Program-made: the position numbers and the translations under genes | Shown: positions 9,096-18,451 of the stretch, in pieces | Numbering within the stretch: the stretch's first letter is position 1 | How the letters are laid out: each line of letters opens with the position of its first letter | The notes under the pieces: model-generated | Seen by the model: only the letters and a program-made list of their open reading frames with translations | The model's database searches: none | What the model was told of the DNA's origin: nothing | Assembly (NCBI GenBank): GCA_002373935.1 | Contig: DFKW01000003.1 | Span: 10,498 to 74,497 of the forward strand | Direction of reading: 5' to 3' | DNA: 64,000 nt | Source: Alphaproteobacteria bacterium UBA3635 | GTDB taxonomy: Bacteria > Pseudomonadota > Alphaproteobacteria > Rs-D84

Positions 9096-12000
9096 ATGAA
9101 AAAATTTGGATTCTTTGCGTTTTTCTGTGGATTATGTGGTGCGGCATGGGCGGCGGCCAGCATCCGCGCCAGTTCTGTTCCATTGGCCGGTGGCACAACC
9201 GTCAGCACACCAAAAGTCACGGTTTCCACAATATCAACAACCCCCGATTCGGATAATGCAAAACCGACATCCAACCCAACCAATGTTGACATCAACACAT
9301 CGCGCATTGCGTTCACATCACCATTGGCAAAAACAAATCGATATTATGTTCCAACATCTGGTTCCGGCGGCACAACAACACACACATCAAATACCGAACA
9401 AGAAATTGCGGCCATGCAACAACAAATTGATGATTTAGTTCGTAAACAAACCCAAATGCAGGATAATTTGCCAACAACCGTCCAAACTGCAATTAAAACT
9501 TCTGATTTAACCAAAAACGACAGTTTTAATGACGCGATTTCCGAATTGCAAGAATCTGTTGTTTCTGATTCTGCGATTGATTCTAAAATAAATGAGAAAT
9601 TGGTCGACAAAGGTATCGTTGATACCGGCGGAAATTTACAGGTCGCAACCAAAGACGAAATCCAACCAATCCCATTATCGCAAAAATTGGAAAGTACATT
9701 GGCGGTAAAATTTGCCAAAAAATCTGATTACACGCCATCAAAAATCGCAACCAATATTGCAAACGATACGGCGGCCGTGACAACATTATCAAACCGTATC
9801 GGTACAGACGAGAGCACCGTTAAAAACATAATAAAATCAGACCTGCAAAAACGCGGAATTGTTGACAACAACAATCAATTACAGGTCGCAACCAAGGACG
9901 AATTACCGGTGATTGATACCGAAACCGTGTCTGCGGCATTACAAAACACACCTGCATTTGACAATTTGGTCACGCAAAATTTAACCAATCGTGGAATTTA
10001 TGATGCGAACAATCAATTGCAATTGGTGAAAAAATCTGAAATCACACCGGATTTTTTGGCAACAAAATTGGATTCTAAATACGCAAAGACCGGTGATATT
10101 GCAACATTATCAAACAGATTATCAATTATCCAAGACGGTGACGAAAACACATCGGGATCTATTGCAAACAAATTAAAAACCGCGGGTTTTGCGCGCACAT
10201 CTGATATTACGGCGGAATCTTTGTCGCAAAAATTGGATAACATTTATGTCCGCCCCAGTGCGATTACCCCAACCGCATTATCCAATAAATTAGCCAATGT
10301 TTTTGTAACGCCAACTGAATTGAGCAACAAAAATTTTGCAACAAAATCTGAATTACCACAAATAAACGAAGAAACCGTATCTGCGGCATTACGTAATTCC
10401 AGTATTTTGGACGATTCCATCACACGAAATTTGAAATCTAAACGAATATTAAATGATAATGCCGAATTAAATGTTGCCACGAAATCCAGTGTTGATTCTT
10501 TATCAAACAATGTATCATCCGTAATCAACACATTGGCGACAAAAAACGAGGTTGCGGCATTGGATAACCGTTTTGCAAAAACAACCGATGTCACCGCCGA
10601 CGCAATCGCCGACAAAATCGCACGCAGTGATTCTGCGAAACAAACATTATCCGGACAAATTGGTCCAAACACCGACCAGGTGAACAATATCGTTACCAAC
10701 AAATTAAAAAGCACCGGTATTTTAAGTAATGACAACAACGAAACATTACAGGTTGCCACTAAAGATGAAATCAATACAACCAATGCCGCAATTTCATCTG
10801 TACAAAACGACATCACAACCCTGCAAACCCAGACCAACACAATCGCCAACAACCAATTAACGCGTACGGATGTTGAAAACGCCATAAAATCCGTTGATTT
10901 GACAACCCAAAACGACACATTAAAAACCAAATTGGCCGCAATGGATGCAATCGATGCCAAGGTTATCACAACCGATAACGCCGACGATGTATTAAAGGAT
11001 AAATACGCATCAAAAATGTTAGAAGACAGCGTCGCAAAATTGAACGCCGACGAAAACACCCCGGGATCTATTGCAAACAAATTACAGGTTGCAACCGCGG
11101 ATTTGGTCAAAACATCTGATATAACCACCGAAGAACTTGGCAAAAAATTAGATTCGAAATATGCGTCTAAAACATTGGAATCAACCGTTGAAAACATGAA
11201 CGGTGACATAACGAATCAAAACAGTTTGTTATACAAAATCAAAAACAATTCTGAAATCCGCACCGCATTAAAGGGCGACACTGGCGCGGCATACATACCA
11301 AACCTGGACGACGAGGGGAACCTGTCTTGGCGTGATGAAAAGGGCGCAATAATTACATCCCTGGGCACAAAAAACATCCGTGGACAACGGGGTGCCGCTG
11401 GTGCCGATGGCGCAACATTTATACCGGCATTGGCCGCCGACGGAACACTCAGTTGGACCAAAGGTTCCGCAAATTCAGAATTACCAACGGCCCGAAATAT
11501 CAAAGGTGCCGATGGCGCAACATTTATACCGGCATTTGATTCTGCAACCGGCAAAATCAGTTGGTCGCGCGGCACATCCGGGCAAACACCCGATGCCATA
11601 AAAATCGCGAAAACCGATTCCGAATTGGATACATTGGTTGCGGGCAAAATATCCGCCGACACAACAATCGCAAAAAAGACCGATTTGTCCGAATTTGCAA
11701 AAACAACTGATGTATTCGAAAATGGTAAATTGATTGCATCAAAATTGCCATCCGGTGTTATTACTGAATCTAATTTAGATACGAAATTATCTGCGAAAAA
11801 AATTGTCACAGATGATAACTTGGGTACAAAACTTGGCACTCTGAAAGTTGTCACCGACGATAACATTGATTCAAAATTACCAACAACCGTTCTCAGAACC
11901 GGCGCGTTGACGGGCTATGCAAAAACAACCGACATATTCGATACCGACAATAAATTGATTGCGGCAAAATTGCCATCCGGCGTTATTACTGACTCTAATT

Positions 12001-14480
12001 TAGATACGAAATTATCTGCGAAAAAAATTGTCACAGATGATAACTTGGGTACAAAACTTGGCACTCTGAAAGTTGTCACCGACGATAACATTGATTCAAA
12101 ATTACCAACAACCGTTCTCAGAACCGGCGCATTGACGGGCTATGCTAAAACATCAGATATATTTGATACAGACAATAAATTGATTGCATCAAAATTACCA
12201 TCCGGCGTTATTACTGACTCTAATTTAGATACGAAATTATCTGCGAAAAAAATTGTCACAGACGATAACTTGGGCACAAAACTTGGCACTCTGAAAGTTG
12301 TCACCGACGATAACATTGATTCAAAATTACCAACAACCGTTCTCAGAACCGGTGCATTGTCGGGCTATGCTAAAACATCAGATATATTCGATACCGACAA
12401 TAAATTGATTGCGGCAAAATTACCATCCGGTGTTATCACCAGTACCAATTTTGACGATGTAATGACTGCAAAAAAACTGGCAACCACCGATGATTTGCCG
12501 GTTGTTGACGAAACCACAATCAATAACGCATTGTCTAAATCTACAACACTCAGTGGTATTATTGATGACGCGGTAACCGGCAAAGGATTTTTAACCGACA
12601 GCGATTTAACCCAGGACAAATTGACCCAAAAATTAGGCAGTGCGTATTTAACCACATCAACATTACCGTCCGACATAGTTCGAACATCCAATGGTAAAAT
12701 CGACACTGATATTTTGCCATCTGATGTATTAAAAACCGGTGCATTGACGGGTTATGCAAAAACATCCGATTTATTAGATAACAACGGCATATTAAAAACC
12801 ACAACTATACCAACCAACCTGGTGACATCTGATGCGTTGACAACCCGATTGGGTGGCTATGCCACAACCAGCACGGTATCCGATTTAACGACACGCACGG
12901 CATCACTGGAATCAAACGCATTGACCGCCGACAATTTATCGGCAAAATTATCTGCGGAAAACAGTGCGGTAAAACAGGCATTATCAACCGCCGGATTTGC
13001 CCAAACGGGTGATATCACGACAACATTGAACAACACATTAAATGGCACAGGCGAGGGCAGTTTCGCCAGCCGCCTGAGCAGCGCGGGCGTGATAACAACC
13101 GGCAACATTGCGGAAAAATTGCCAACAAATGTGGTCACAACCACCGATGGCAAAATTGCCGAGGGTATATTGCCAACAACCGTTGCAAAAACGACAGATC
13201 TGAACGGTTTGGTTCGAACGACCGATATATTTGACAGCAACAATCAATTGGTTGCCTCGAAATTGCCGTCCAATGTTATAACAACATCAAATATCGCAAC
13301 CGATAATAATGTCAAGGCCGCGTTATCAAACGCAACAAACAATTCTTTGCGTGATTTGGGTTTGGTAAATGTCGATTCATCAACCGGTGCCGTCACATCC
13401 AAGGTTATCACATCGGACAACATCGCCACACAGGTTTCTAACAATTTACCGTCTAATGTTGTCAGAACAACGAACGACGGTAAAATTGCGGCGTCTGCAT
13501 TGCCTGATACAGTTGTTAAAACATCCGACATTTTGGACAGCAACAACAAATTAAAATTGGCGTTACCTGATACGGTTGTGACTACATCTAATATCGCAAC
13601 TGATAATAATATCAAATCTGCATTAACCAACGCCGGCTTTGCCCAAAGTTCCGATGTTTCCGCATTGGCAACCCGCACATCCACCCTGGAAACGGCCGCG
13701 GCCAAGGCAATCACGACGGACAATTTATCCGATACAACCGTAAAGACCGCACTGACCAATGCCGGATTTGCAAAAACATCCGATATCAATTCCCAGGTCA
13801 ACAACCAGGCCCTGACCATGTATGATTTAAGTAATATTTTAACCCAGGGCATTTTGATGGTTAAATCGGACGGCACATTGGGATTGGATCCAACAAAAAC
13901 ATCATCCGGTGTCGGAACAAAATTGAGTCGCGTTGGAAACATATCCAACATGACCGCATCAACCAGTATTGCAACATCGGTTGCGGCGGCGACATCTGCC
14001 GCGGTGGCTGCAGACGATATTAACGACGCGACGAAATGTAATTCTACGGACTATATGTATTGGGATACACGAAATACAAAATGTTTGAAATGCCCGGCCG
14101 ACGAACCAAACATCACAAAATTCATCGGGGGCAGTGCGCGTTGCCAATGCGCTGACCCAATGACAGAATTTTCTGTGGCGGGCGGTATTTGCACCAAGGT
14201 TTCCGAAAGCCAGGCGCGTTGCACGCAAACAGAAAATATGTATTGGAACACCAAAGAATCTGGCAGTTGTCAAAAATGCCCCGAAAATTCATACTACAAG
14301 GGCAATACATGTTTATGCCAAGACGATAACATGATGTTAAACACATACGAGGGACGTTGCATGGAATGCCCACCGGAATCTGAGTATGACCCAGAAACAC
14401 GGTTATGTACTTGCAAAAACGGTAATTCAATCAACCATGAAAAATGGATAACCGACCCGGCACAGGCGTGTGCGCGATAG
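9096..14480 (+). CDS. Giant secreted repeat protein with collagen-like triplets, 75-aa tandem repeats and a C-terminal CxxC cysteine-rich domain (1794 aa)
   Basis: A signal peptide (MKKFGFFAFFCGLCGAAWAAASIRA) is present. The repeat families match 4528-8469. Collagen-like motifs are RGQRGAAGADGATF and KGADGATF. The C-terminus has multiple CxxCP motifs. Confidence 0.85.
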   Translation: MKKFGFFAFFCGLCGAAWAAASIRASSVPLAGGTTVSTPKVTVSTISTTPDSDNAKPTSNPTNVDINTSRIAFTSPLAKTNRYYVPTSGSGGTTTHTSNTEQEIAAMQQQIDDLVRKQTQMQDNLPTTVQTAIKTSDLTKNDSFNDAISELQESVVSDSAIDSKINEKLVDKGIVDTGGNLQVATKDEIQPIPLSQKLESTLAVKFAKKSDYTPSKIATNIANDTAAVTTLSNRIGTDESTVKNIIKSDLQKRGIVDNNNQLQVATKDELPVIDTETVSAALQNTPAFDNLVTQNLTNRGIYDANNQLQLVKKSEITPDFLATKLDSKYAKTGDIATLSNRLSIIQDGDENTSGSIANKLKTAGFARTSDITAESLSQKLDNIYVRPSAITPTALSNKLANVFVTPTELSNKNFATKSELPQINEETVSAALRNSSILDDSITRNLKSKRILNDNAELNVATKSSVDSLSNNVSSVINTLATKNEVAALDNRFAKTTDVTADAIADKIARSDSAKQTLSGQIGPNTDQVNNIVTNKLKSTGILSNDNNETLQVATKDEINTTNAAISSVQNDITTLQTQTNTIANNQLTRTDVENAIKSVDLTTQNDTLKTKLAAMDAIDAKVITTDNADDVLKDKYASKMLEDSVAKLNADENTPGSIANKLQVATADLVKTSDITTEELGKKLDSKYASKTLESTVENMNGDITNQNSLLYKIKNNSEIRTALKGDTGAAYIPNLDDEGNLSWRDEKGAIITSLGTKNIRGQRGAAGADGATFIPALAADGTLSWTKGSANSELPTARNIKGADGATFIPAFDSATGKISWSRGTSGQTPDAIKIAKTDSELDTLVAGKISADTTIAKKTDLSEFAKTTDVFENGKLIASKLPSGVITESNLDTKLSAKKIVTDDNLGTKLGTLKVVTDDNIDSKLPTTVLRTGALTGYAKTTDIFDTDNKLIAAKLPSGVITDSNLDTKLSAKKIVTDDNLGTKLGTLKVVTDDNIDSKLPTTVLRTGALTGYAKTSDIFDTDNKLIASKLPSGVITDSNLDTKLSAKKIVTDDNLGTKLGTLKVVTDDNIDSKLPTTVLRTGALSGYAKTSDIFDTDNKLIAAKLPSGVITSTNFDDVMTAKKLATTDDLPVVDETTINNALSKSTTLSGIIDDAVTGKGFLTDSDLTQDKLTQKLGSAYLTTSTLPSDIVRTSNGKIDTDILPSDVLKTGALTGYAKTSDLLDNNGILKTTTIPTNLVTSDALTTRLGGYATTSTVSDLTTRTASLESNALTADNLSAKLSAENSAVKQALSTAGFAQTGDITTTLNNTLNGTGEGSFASRLSSAGVITTGNIAEKLPTNVVTTTDGKIAEGILPTTVAKTTDLNGLVRTTDIFDSNNQLVASKLPSNVITTSNIATDNNVKAALSNATNNSLRDLGLVNVDSSTGAVTSKVITSDNIATQVSNNLPSNVVRTTNDGKIAASALPDTVVKTSDILDSNNKLKLALPDTVVTTSNIATDNNIKSALTNAGFAQSSDVSALATRTSTLETAAAKAITTDNLSDTTVKTALTNAGFAKTSDINSQVNNQALTMYDLSNILTQGILMVKSDGTLGLDPTKTSSGVGTKLSRVGNISNMTASTSIATSVAAATSAAVAADDINDATKCNSTDYMYWDTRNTKCLKCPADEPNITKFIGGSARCQCADPMTEFSVAGGICTKVSESQARCTQTENMYWNTKESGSCQKCPENSYYKGNTCLCQDDNMMLNTYEGRCMECPPESEYDPETRLCTCKNGNSINHEKWITDPAQACAR
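11697..12441 (+). repeat. Tandem repeat, 225-bp unit, about 3.3 copies, inside the 1794-aa gene
   Basis: Units start at 11697 (222 bp), 11919, 12144 and 12369 (partial). They are nearly identical at the DNA level and encode AKT(T/S)DIFDTDNKLIA(A/S)KLPSGVITDSNLDTKLSAKKIVTDDNLGTKLGTLKVVTDDNIDSKLPTTVLRTGAL(T/S)GY. Confidence 0.95.
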
Positions 14481-14482
14481 AC

Positions 14483-14513
14483 AAAAAACCCCGGATTTTC
14501 CGGGGATTTTTTT
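14483..14513 (+). terminator. Rho-independent terminator
   Basis: CCCCGG-ATTTT-CCGGGG followed by a T7 run. Confidence 0.7.
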
Positions 14514-14602
14514 AGATTATTTTTTCGTATGATTATACTTGCACGAATCGTTTAAAATATACAATATACCCTTGTTATAAAAAACATAACAAGGGGGAAA
14601 AA

Positions 14603-14989
14603 GTGATTATTGGTATTGGAATTGATTTGGTTGAATGCAACCGTTTTTTGGATTGGTCTGCATTTAAAAAACAACGCATATTTACCAAAAACGAATTAGA
14701 ATATGCCGACAACGACAACGCAAATGCGGAAAAACATTTGGCAAACTTTTGGGCCGCACGCGAGGCATGTCTAAAGGCATTACATACCGGATTCGGCGAC
14801 GACATCAGTTTTTCTGACGTGTCCGTTATTCATAACGACATGGGCGCACCCGAATTATTATTAAACGGTGGTGCCAAGGTTGCATTAAAAGAATTGTGCA
14901 ACGGTGCAAACACAAAAATACATTTATCTATCACCGACCAATCGGATTATTCCGCCGCAATTGTCGTTATCGAAACAATCGAAAAATAA
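14603..14989 (+). CDS. acpS: Holo-[acyl-carrier-protein] synthase
   Basis: 128 aa with a GTG start after AAGGGGG. The N-terminus (IIGIGIDLVECNRF) is typical of AcpS 4'-phosphopantetheinyl transferases. Confidence 0.85.
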   Translation: MIIGIGIDLVECNRFLDWSAFKKQRIFTKNELEYADNDNANAEKHLANFWAAREACLKALHTGFGDDISFSDVSVIHNDMGAPELLLNGGAKVALKELCNGANTKIHLSITDQSDYSAAIVVIETIEK

Positions 14990-15003
14990 AAAAATATAAA
15001 TAT

Positions 15004-15037
15004 AAAAATCACCCGGGTAATTCCCGGGTGATTTTTA
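15004..15037. terminator. Bidirectional rho-independent terminator
   Basis: AAAAATCACCCGGG-TAATT-CCCGGGTGATTTTT between convergent genes. Confidence 0.7.
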
Positions 15038-15041
15038 TAAC

Positions 15042-17243
15042 TTAAAACATCGGTGGGAAACAATCCGTTCCGTCATCCGGACAGCAAACTTTTTGTCCGT
15101 TTACCGTTGAATACGTTTCACCCGGACAACAACCATTTGCATCGGGCGCCACATCACCCGCACACAAATTACCGCCACCATTATCAGAACTTGTAAAGAC
15201 ATTTTCTTGGGATACATTGTATTCCGGTTTATTTACAACCGGCGCAACACCCATATCCGACGCATCCGTCGCATCAATCATGGGTTCAACATCCGGCGCC
15301 ACAACCGTATCAATCACATCATTGTTCGTCGATACATCATCCGCCACATTTGATGTCACATCCGACGTTTTTGTTGTATCCGTCGCATTCGCAATTTTAT
15401 CCAAAGATGTTTCAACCGCCTGGGTCAATATTGGTTTCGCCGGCGATGTCACCTCATCACCACTGGCAATAAATGGATTCGTATCATCCGTCACATCAAC
15501 ATCCGCCGGTGTCGCAATTGGCGGCACATTTTCCGCAACAACGGTCGGCATTACATCATTGGACACATTTGACCGATGATACAGCCACAACGTGAACACC
15601 GACAACGCAATCAAGACCATCAACAACACATAATACAACAACCCAGGTTTATGCGTTGTGGTCGTTTGTTTGGGAATATCGTTCACAACTTGTGGCGCGG
15701 CACCAGGAACCGACGGGCGCACCCCCGCATCCACATTTGTTGCCGCAACAACCGGTGCGGGCGCCGCCACAACATCCGGTGTCACCGGTACAGGTGCCAC
15801 AACCGTTGGTTTTACAGAATCATCCGTTGCAACATCATCCGATGTGTTTTCATTATCCGCCCCCGGCGCAACAAAATTTATATTTTGCAAAGAATCCAAC
15901 ACCGGCGCATTATGCGTATCCTGTGCCACTACATCGTCCATATTCATCGCATCGTTTGTCGCGATTTGTTCTGTCGCCATATCCGTCGCCGGGGCCGTAT
16001 CCGACACATCATCATCCGCACTGTTCCAAAAAACATCGTCCAGTTTAACATCCGCGTTATTATATTCGTCCGGCAATTTCACCGCATCCATAATCGCACG
16101 CGGTGGTTCAAACGCAACGGCCGGCGCATTATCAGCGTCATCCGCATCGTTATCATCCACATCATCTGTTTTATTATCCGTATCGTCATCAGATTCATAA
16201 ATCTCTGGCAAATCCGGGCCCACATTGCCGCCCACGTTTACATCCGAACCGGATACATTTTCATCCACATCAAACGATGTTGATGCACCAAAATCAATTG
16301 GTTTGAACGCAATTTTATCATCCAGTATATTCGGGTCTTTATCAAACAGTGGTTTTATTCCCGTATTATCCACATCCATATCATAATCTGCATCCATCTC
16401 GGCATCGGCATCCGTGTCCAAATCCGATGCATCATCCACATCCGCCACCACATTGTCACGCGCCACCGCGTCATTATTGCGCACCGCCGCAACCGGTGCC
16501 ACCGACGCAATTCCGGTTTTCGATTGATGTTTTTTATCACCGCGTCCACGAGGCAACAAATCCAAAACAGATTGCGCCGCGGCCATATCTTCCTGGGCAG
16601 ACAGCAATCGTTTATTTGCGTTTTCCAACCGTTTTTGCGCACGTGCCAATTTATCATTTAACGCATCCAATGCGGCCTCGGCCTTTAATATTTTTGCCGC
16701 AGATTCCTTGGTCGGTTCGCGTCCAATACCACGACGCAGATTTGCGATTTTTGCACGCGCCGCCTTTATTTTGGCCTGTAGTTCAACAATAGAATCCGAT
16801 GTTTTATCAATTGTATCCTGCGCATTTTCCATAACCGCACGCGCCAAACCAATCCGTTCCGTTGCCGAATTTCGCACCGCCGCGACACGAAAATCCGCCA
16901 AATCGTTCAAATATTCATCCAGATTATCGCCATTTTCATACGCACGAATTAAATCATCATATACCGCCAATCCGTCGTATTCCACATCCAGTTTTTGATA
17001 TTTATTATCTTTTTTAGGCCGTACCAATTCCAAATTCATCCCATAATCATTTGCCAACACATCGTCCCACTTGCGATTTCCATGCGATGTCATAACCAAC
17101 AACACATTTGGTTTTATATCATTTGTTGTCAAATCCAAAACAAACACCAATTTGCCATTGGCGTCATAAAATGCACGAACAGAATTACCGCCGATTTCAT
17201 ATTCGGTTGATTTTAATGGAACATTTTTCTTCTCGCTTGGCAT
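15042..17243 (-). CDS. Bitopic membrane protein: N-terminal cytoplasmic coiled-coil domain, long acidic D/N/V-rich tract, one TM, Cys-rich exported C-terminus (733 aa)
   Basis: A GGGGGA RBS lies 22 nt downstream of the gcrA stop. The TM segment is LLYYVLLMVLIALSVFTLWLY. The C-terminus is CAGDVAPDANGCCPGETYSTVNGQKVCCPDDGTDC. No family recognised. Confidence 0.7.
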   Translation of the reverse strand: MPSEKKNVPLKSTEYEIGGNSVRAFYDANGKLVFVLDLTTNDIKPNVLLVMTSHGNRKWDDVLANDYGMNLELVRPKKDNKYQKLDVEYDGLAVYDDLIRAYENGDNLDEYLNDLADFRVAAVRNSATERIGLARAVMENAQDTIDKTSDSIVELQAKIKAARAKIANLRRGIGREPTKESAAKILKAEAALDALNDKLARAQKRLENANKRLLSAQEDMAAAQSVLDLLPRGRGDKKHQSKTGIASVAPVAAVRNNDAVARDNVVADVDDASDLDTDADAEMDADYDMDVDNTGIKPLFDKDPNILDDKIAFKPIDFGASTSFDVDENVSGSDVNVGGNVGPDLPEIYESDDDTDNKTDDVDDNDADDADNAPAVAFEPPRAIMDAVKLPDEYNNADVKLDDVFWNSADDDVSDTAPATDMATEQIATNDAMNMDDVVAQDTHNAPVLDSLQNINFVAPGADNENTSDDVATDDSVKPTVVAPVPVTPDVVAAPAPVVAATNVDAGVRPSVPGAAPQVVNDIPKQTTTTHKPGLLYYVLLMVLIALSVFTLWLYHRSNVSNDVMPTVVAENVPPIATPADVDVTDDTNPFIASGDEVTSPAKPILTQAVETSLDKIANATDTTKTSDVTSNVADDVSTNNDVIDTVVAPDVEPMIDATDASDMGVAPVVNKPEYNVSQENVFTSSDNGGGNLCAGDVAPDANGCCPGETYSTVNGQKVCCPDDGTDCFPPMF

Positions 17244-17265
17244 TTTTATCCCCCAAATGTTTTAA

Positions 17266-17892
17266 TTATTTTTTCTTAGGTGCCGTGAACTGGTACGCCT
17301 GGCGGCAGTGTTCATAACAATACGGTTTTCCGACAAATACCGTCTCGCCACAAAAATGGAAATTTTCCGAATCCGGATCCCCAATCGGCCAACGACACTG
17401 ATTTGGTTTCAACGCCGCCATTTCCAACGAGTGCTGAATAATACGTTGATGCATTGCCAAATTTGCGCCCGATTTTTTACCCACCTCGACCGCACGAGGC
17501 AAATGCTTTACAACCGGTTTTTCCGGCGCAACCGCACGCTTTGTATTCTTGGATTCTTTATCTGCTTTATCTGTGACCTTTTTCGGTGCAGATTTTTTTA
17601 CCGGTTTAACCTTGGGCATAACAACCGGTTTTACCGGCGCAATTTTTTTAGAAATTGGCAATTTAGATTTTTTTGCCGCGGGCTTTTTCGCCGCCGCCGC
17701 ACCCGTTGTCGCCGCCGGTTTACGCACGGCACTGCCGGTGGTGGCCTTTAAGTTCCAACCCAAACGATTTAATTTACCAACAACGGCGTTCTTACTCATT
17801 TCCAAACGTTTACCGATTTCCGATGTTGATAAACCCTTGCCAACCAGCACCTTTAATTTTTTTAATTTATTTGCGTCCCAACCTGTTGCCAT
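17266..17892 (-). CDS. gcrA: GcrA cell-cycle regulator
   Basis: The N-terminus (W..NKLKKLKVLVGKGLSTSEIGKRLEMSKNAVVGKLNRLGW) and the C-terminus (CRWPIGDPDSENFHFCGETVFVGKPYCYEHCRQAY) match the conserved GcrA ends. Confidence 0.9.
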   Translation of the reverse strand: MATGWDANKLKKLKVLVGKGLSTSEIGKRLEMSKNAVVGKLNRLGWNLKATTGSAVRKPAATTGAAAAKKPAAKKSKLPISKKIAPVKPVVMPKVKPVKKSAPKKVTDKADKESKNTKRAVAPEKPVVKHLPRAVEVGKKSGANLAMHQRIIQHSLEMAALKPNQCRWPIGDPDSENFHFCGETVFVGKPYCYEHCRQAYQFTAPKKK

Positions 17893-17965
17893 ATCACAAA
17901 AATCCTTGTTTTATATATATGTACCAGTGTATCATACAAACGAATCGCATTGCAAGGGGGAATTG

Positions 17966-18427
17966 ATGTTTTTTTACATTTTTTTTGGTGCGTTATTATT
18001 GGGTGCCGCGTTTTGTGCGTGGCGCATATCTGTGGCGGATTTCCGGCGCAGAATCATCCCTGACGCATATTTATTTCCATTGATGCTGATTGGATTGATT
18101 GTGACACATTTTTTCCCATGGATATGCAGTACCGCCGAATCGGTTGCAGGTGCCGTTTTAGGGTATGCCATGGCGGCAATTGTTGGAATTATTTTTGAAC
18201 ATTTTTCACGCGATAAAACAAACACACCAATTGGCATGGGCGACATAAAATTATTGGCGGTGGCTGGATTGTGGCTGGGAACATTTGGATTGGCCATTGC
18301 ATTGGTGTTTTCGTGCATATTTGGCATGATTTGGGGACATAAACGGCACCAAAAATTCATCCCGTTTGCACCTTTTTTATTTGCCGGCGGATTTTTGTCT
18401 TTCATTACAATTTTGTTTTTGTTATAA
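17966..18427 (+). CDS. A24-family prepilin-type aspartic peptidase (CpaA-like, peptidase-only)
   Basis: The ORF is trimmed to the ATG at 17966 because the upstream part is antisense to gcrA. It is 153 aa and polytopic. The two catalytic Asp motifs are ADFRRRIIPD and GMGDIKLLAVAGLWLG. Confidence 0.8.
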   Translation: MFFYIFFGALLLGAAFCAWRISVADFRRRIIPDAYLFPLMLIGLIVTHFFPWICSTAESVAGAVLGYAMAAIVGIIFEHFSRDKTNTPIGMGDIKLLAVAGLWLGTFGLAIALVFSCIFGMIWGHKRHQKFIPFAPFLFAGGFLSFITILFLL

Positions 18428-18451
18428 TCGCATCATAAGGGAGTAGGGGAA

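Noticed and set aside
5598-13951. Long antisense ORFs inside the two giant genes (for example 5598-6059, 7407-7973, 10244-11209, 11216-11866, 13244-13951).
   Set aside because: They are shadow ORFs produced by the biased, repeat-rich sense sequence. They lack starts with an RBS and have low-complexity translations. The sense frames carry signal peptides, an RBS and coherent repeats.
15217-16998. Plus-strand ORFs antisense to the 733-aa gene (H/R/I-rich or S/T/A-rich translations).
   Set aside because: They mirror the acidic GAT/GAC-rich tract of the sense gene and their compositions are implausible. The sense ORF has an RBS and TM logic.
17549-17965. N-terminal 139-aa extension of the A24 peptidase ORF.
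   Set aside because: The extension is antisense to gcrA. The peptidase homology and its first TM helix begin at the ATG at 17966.
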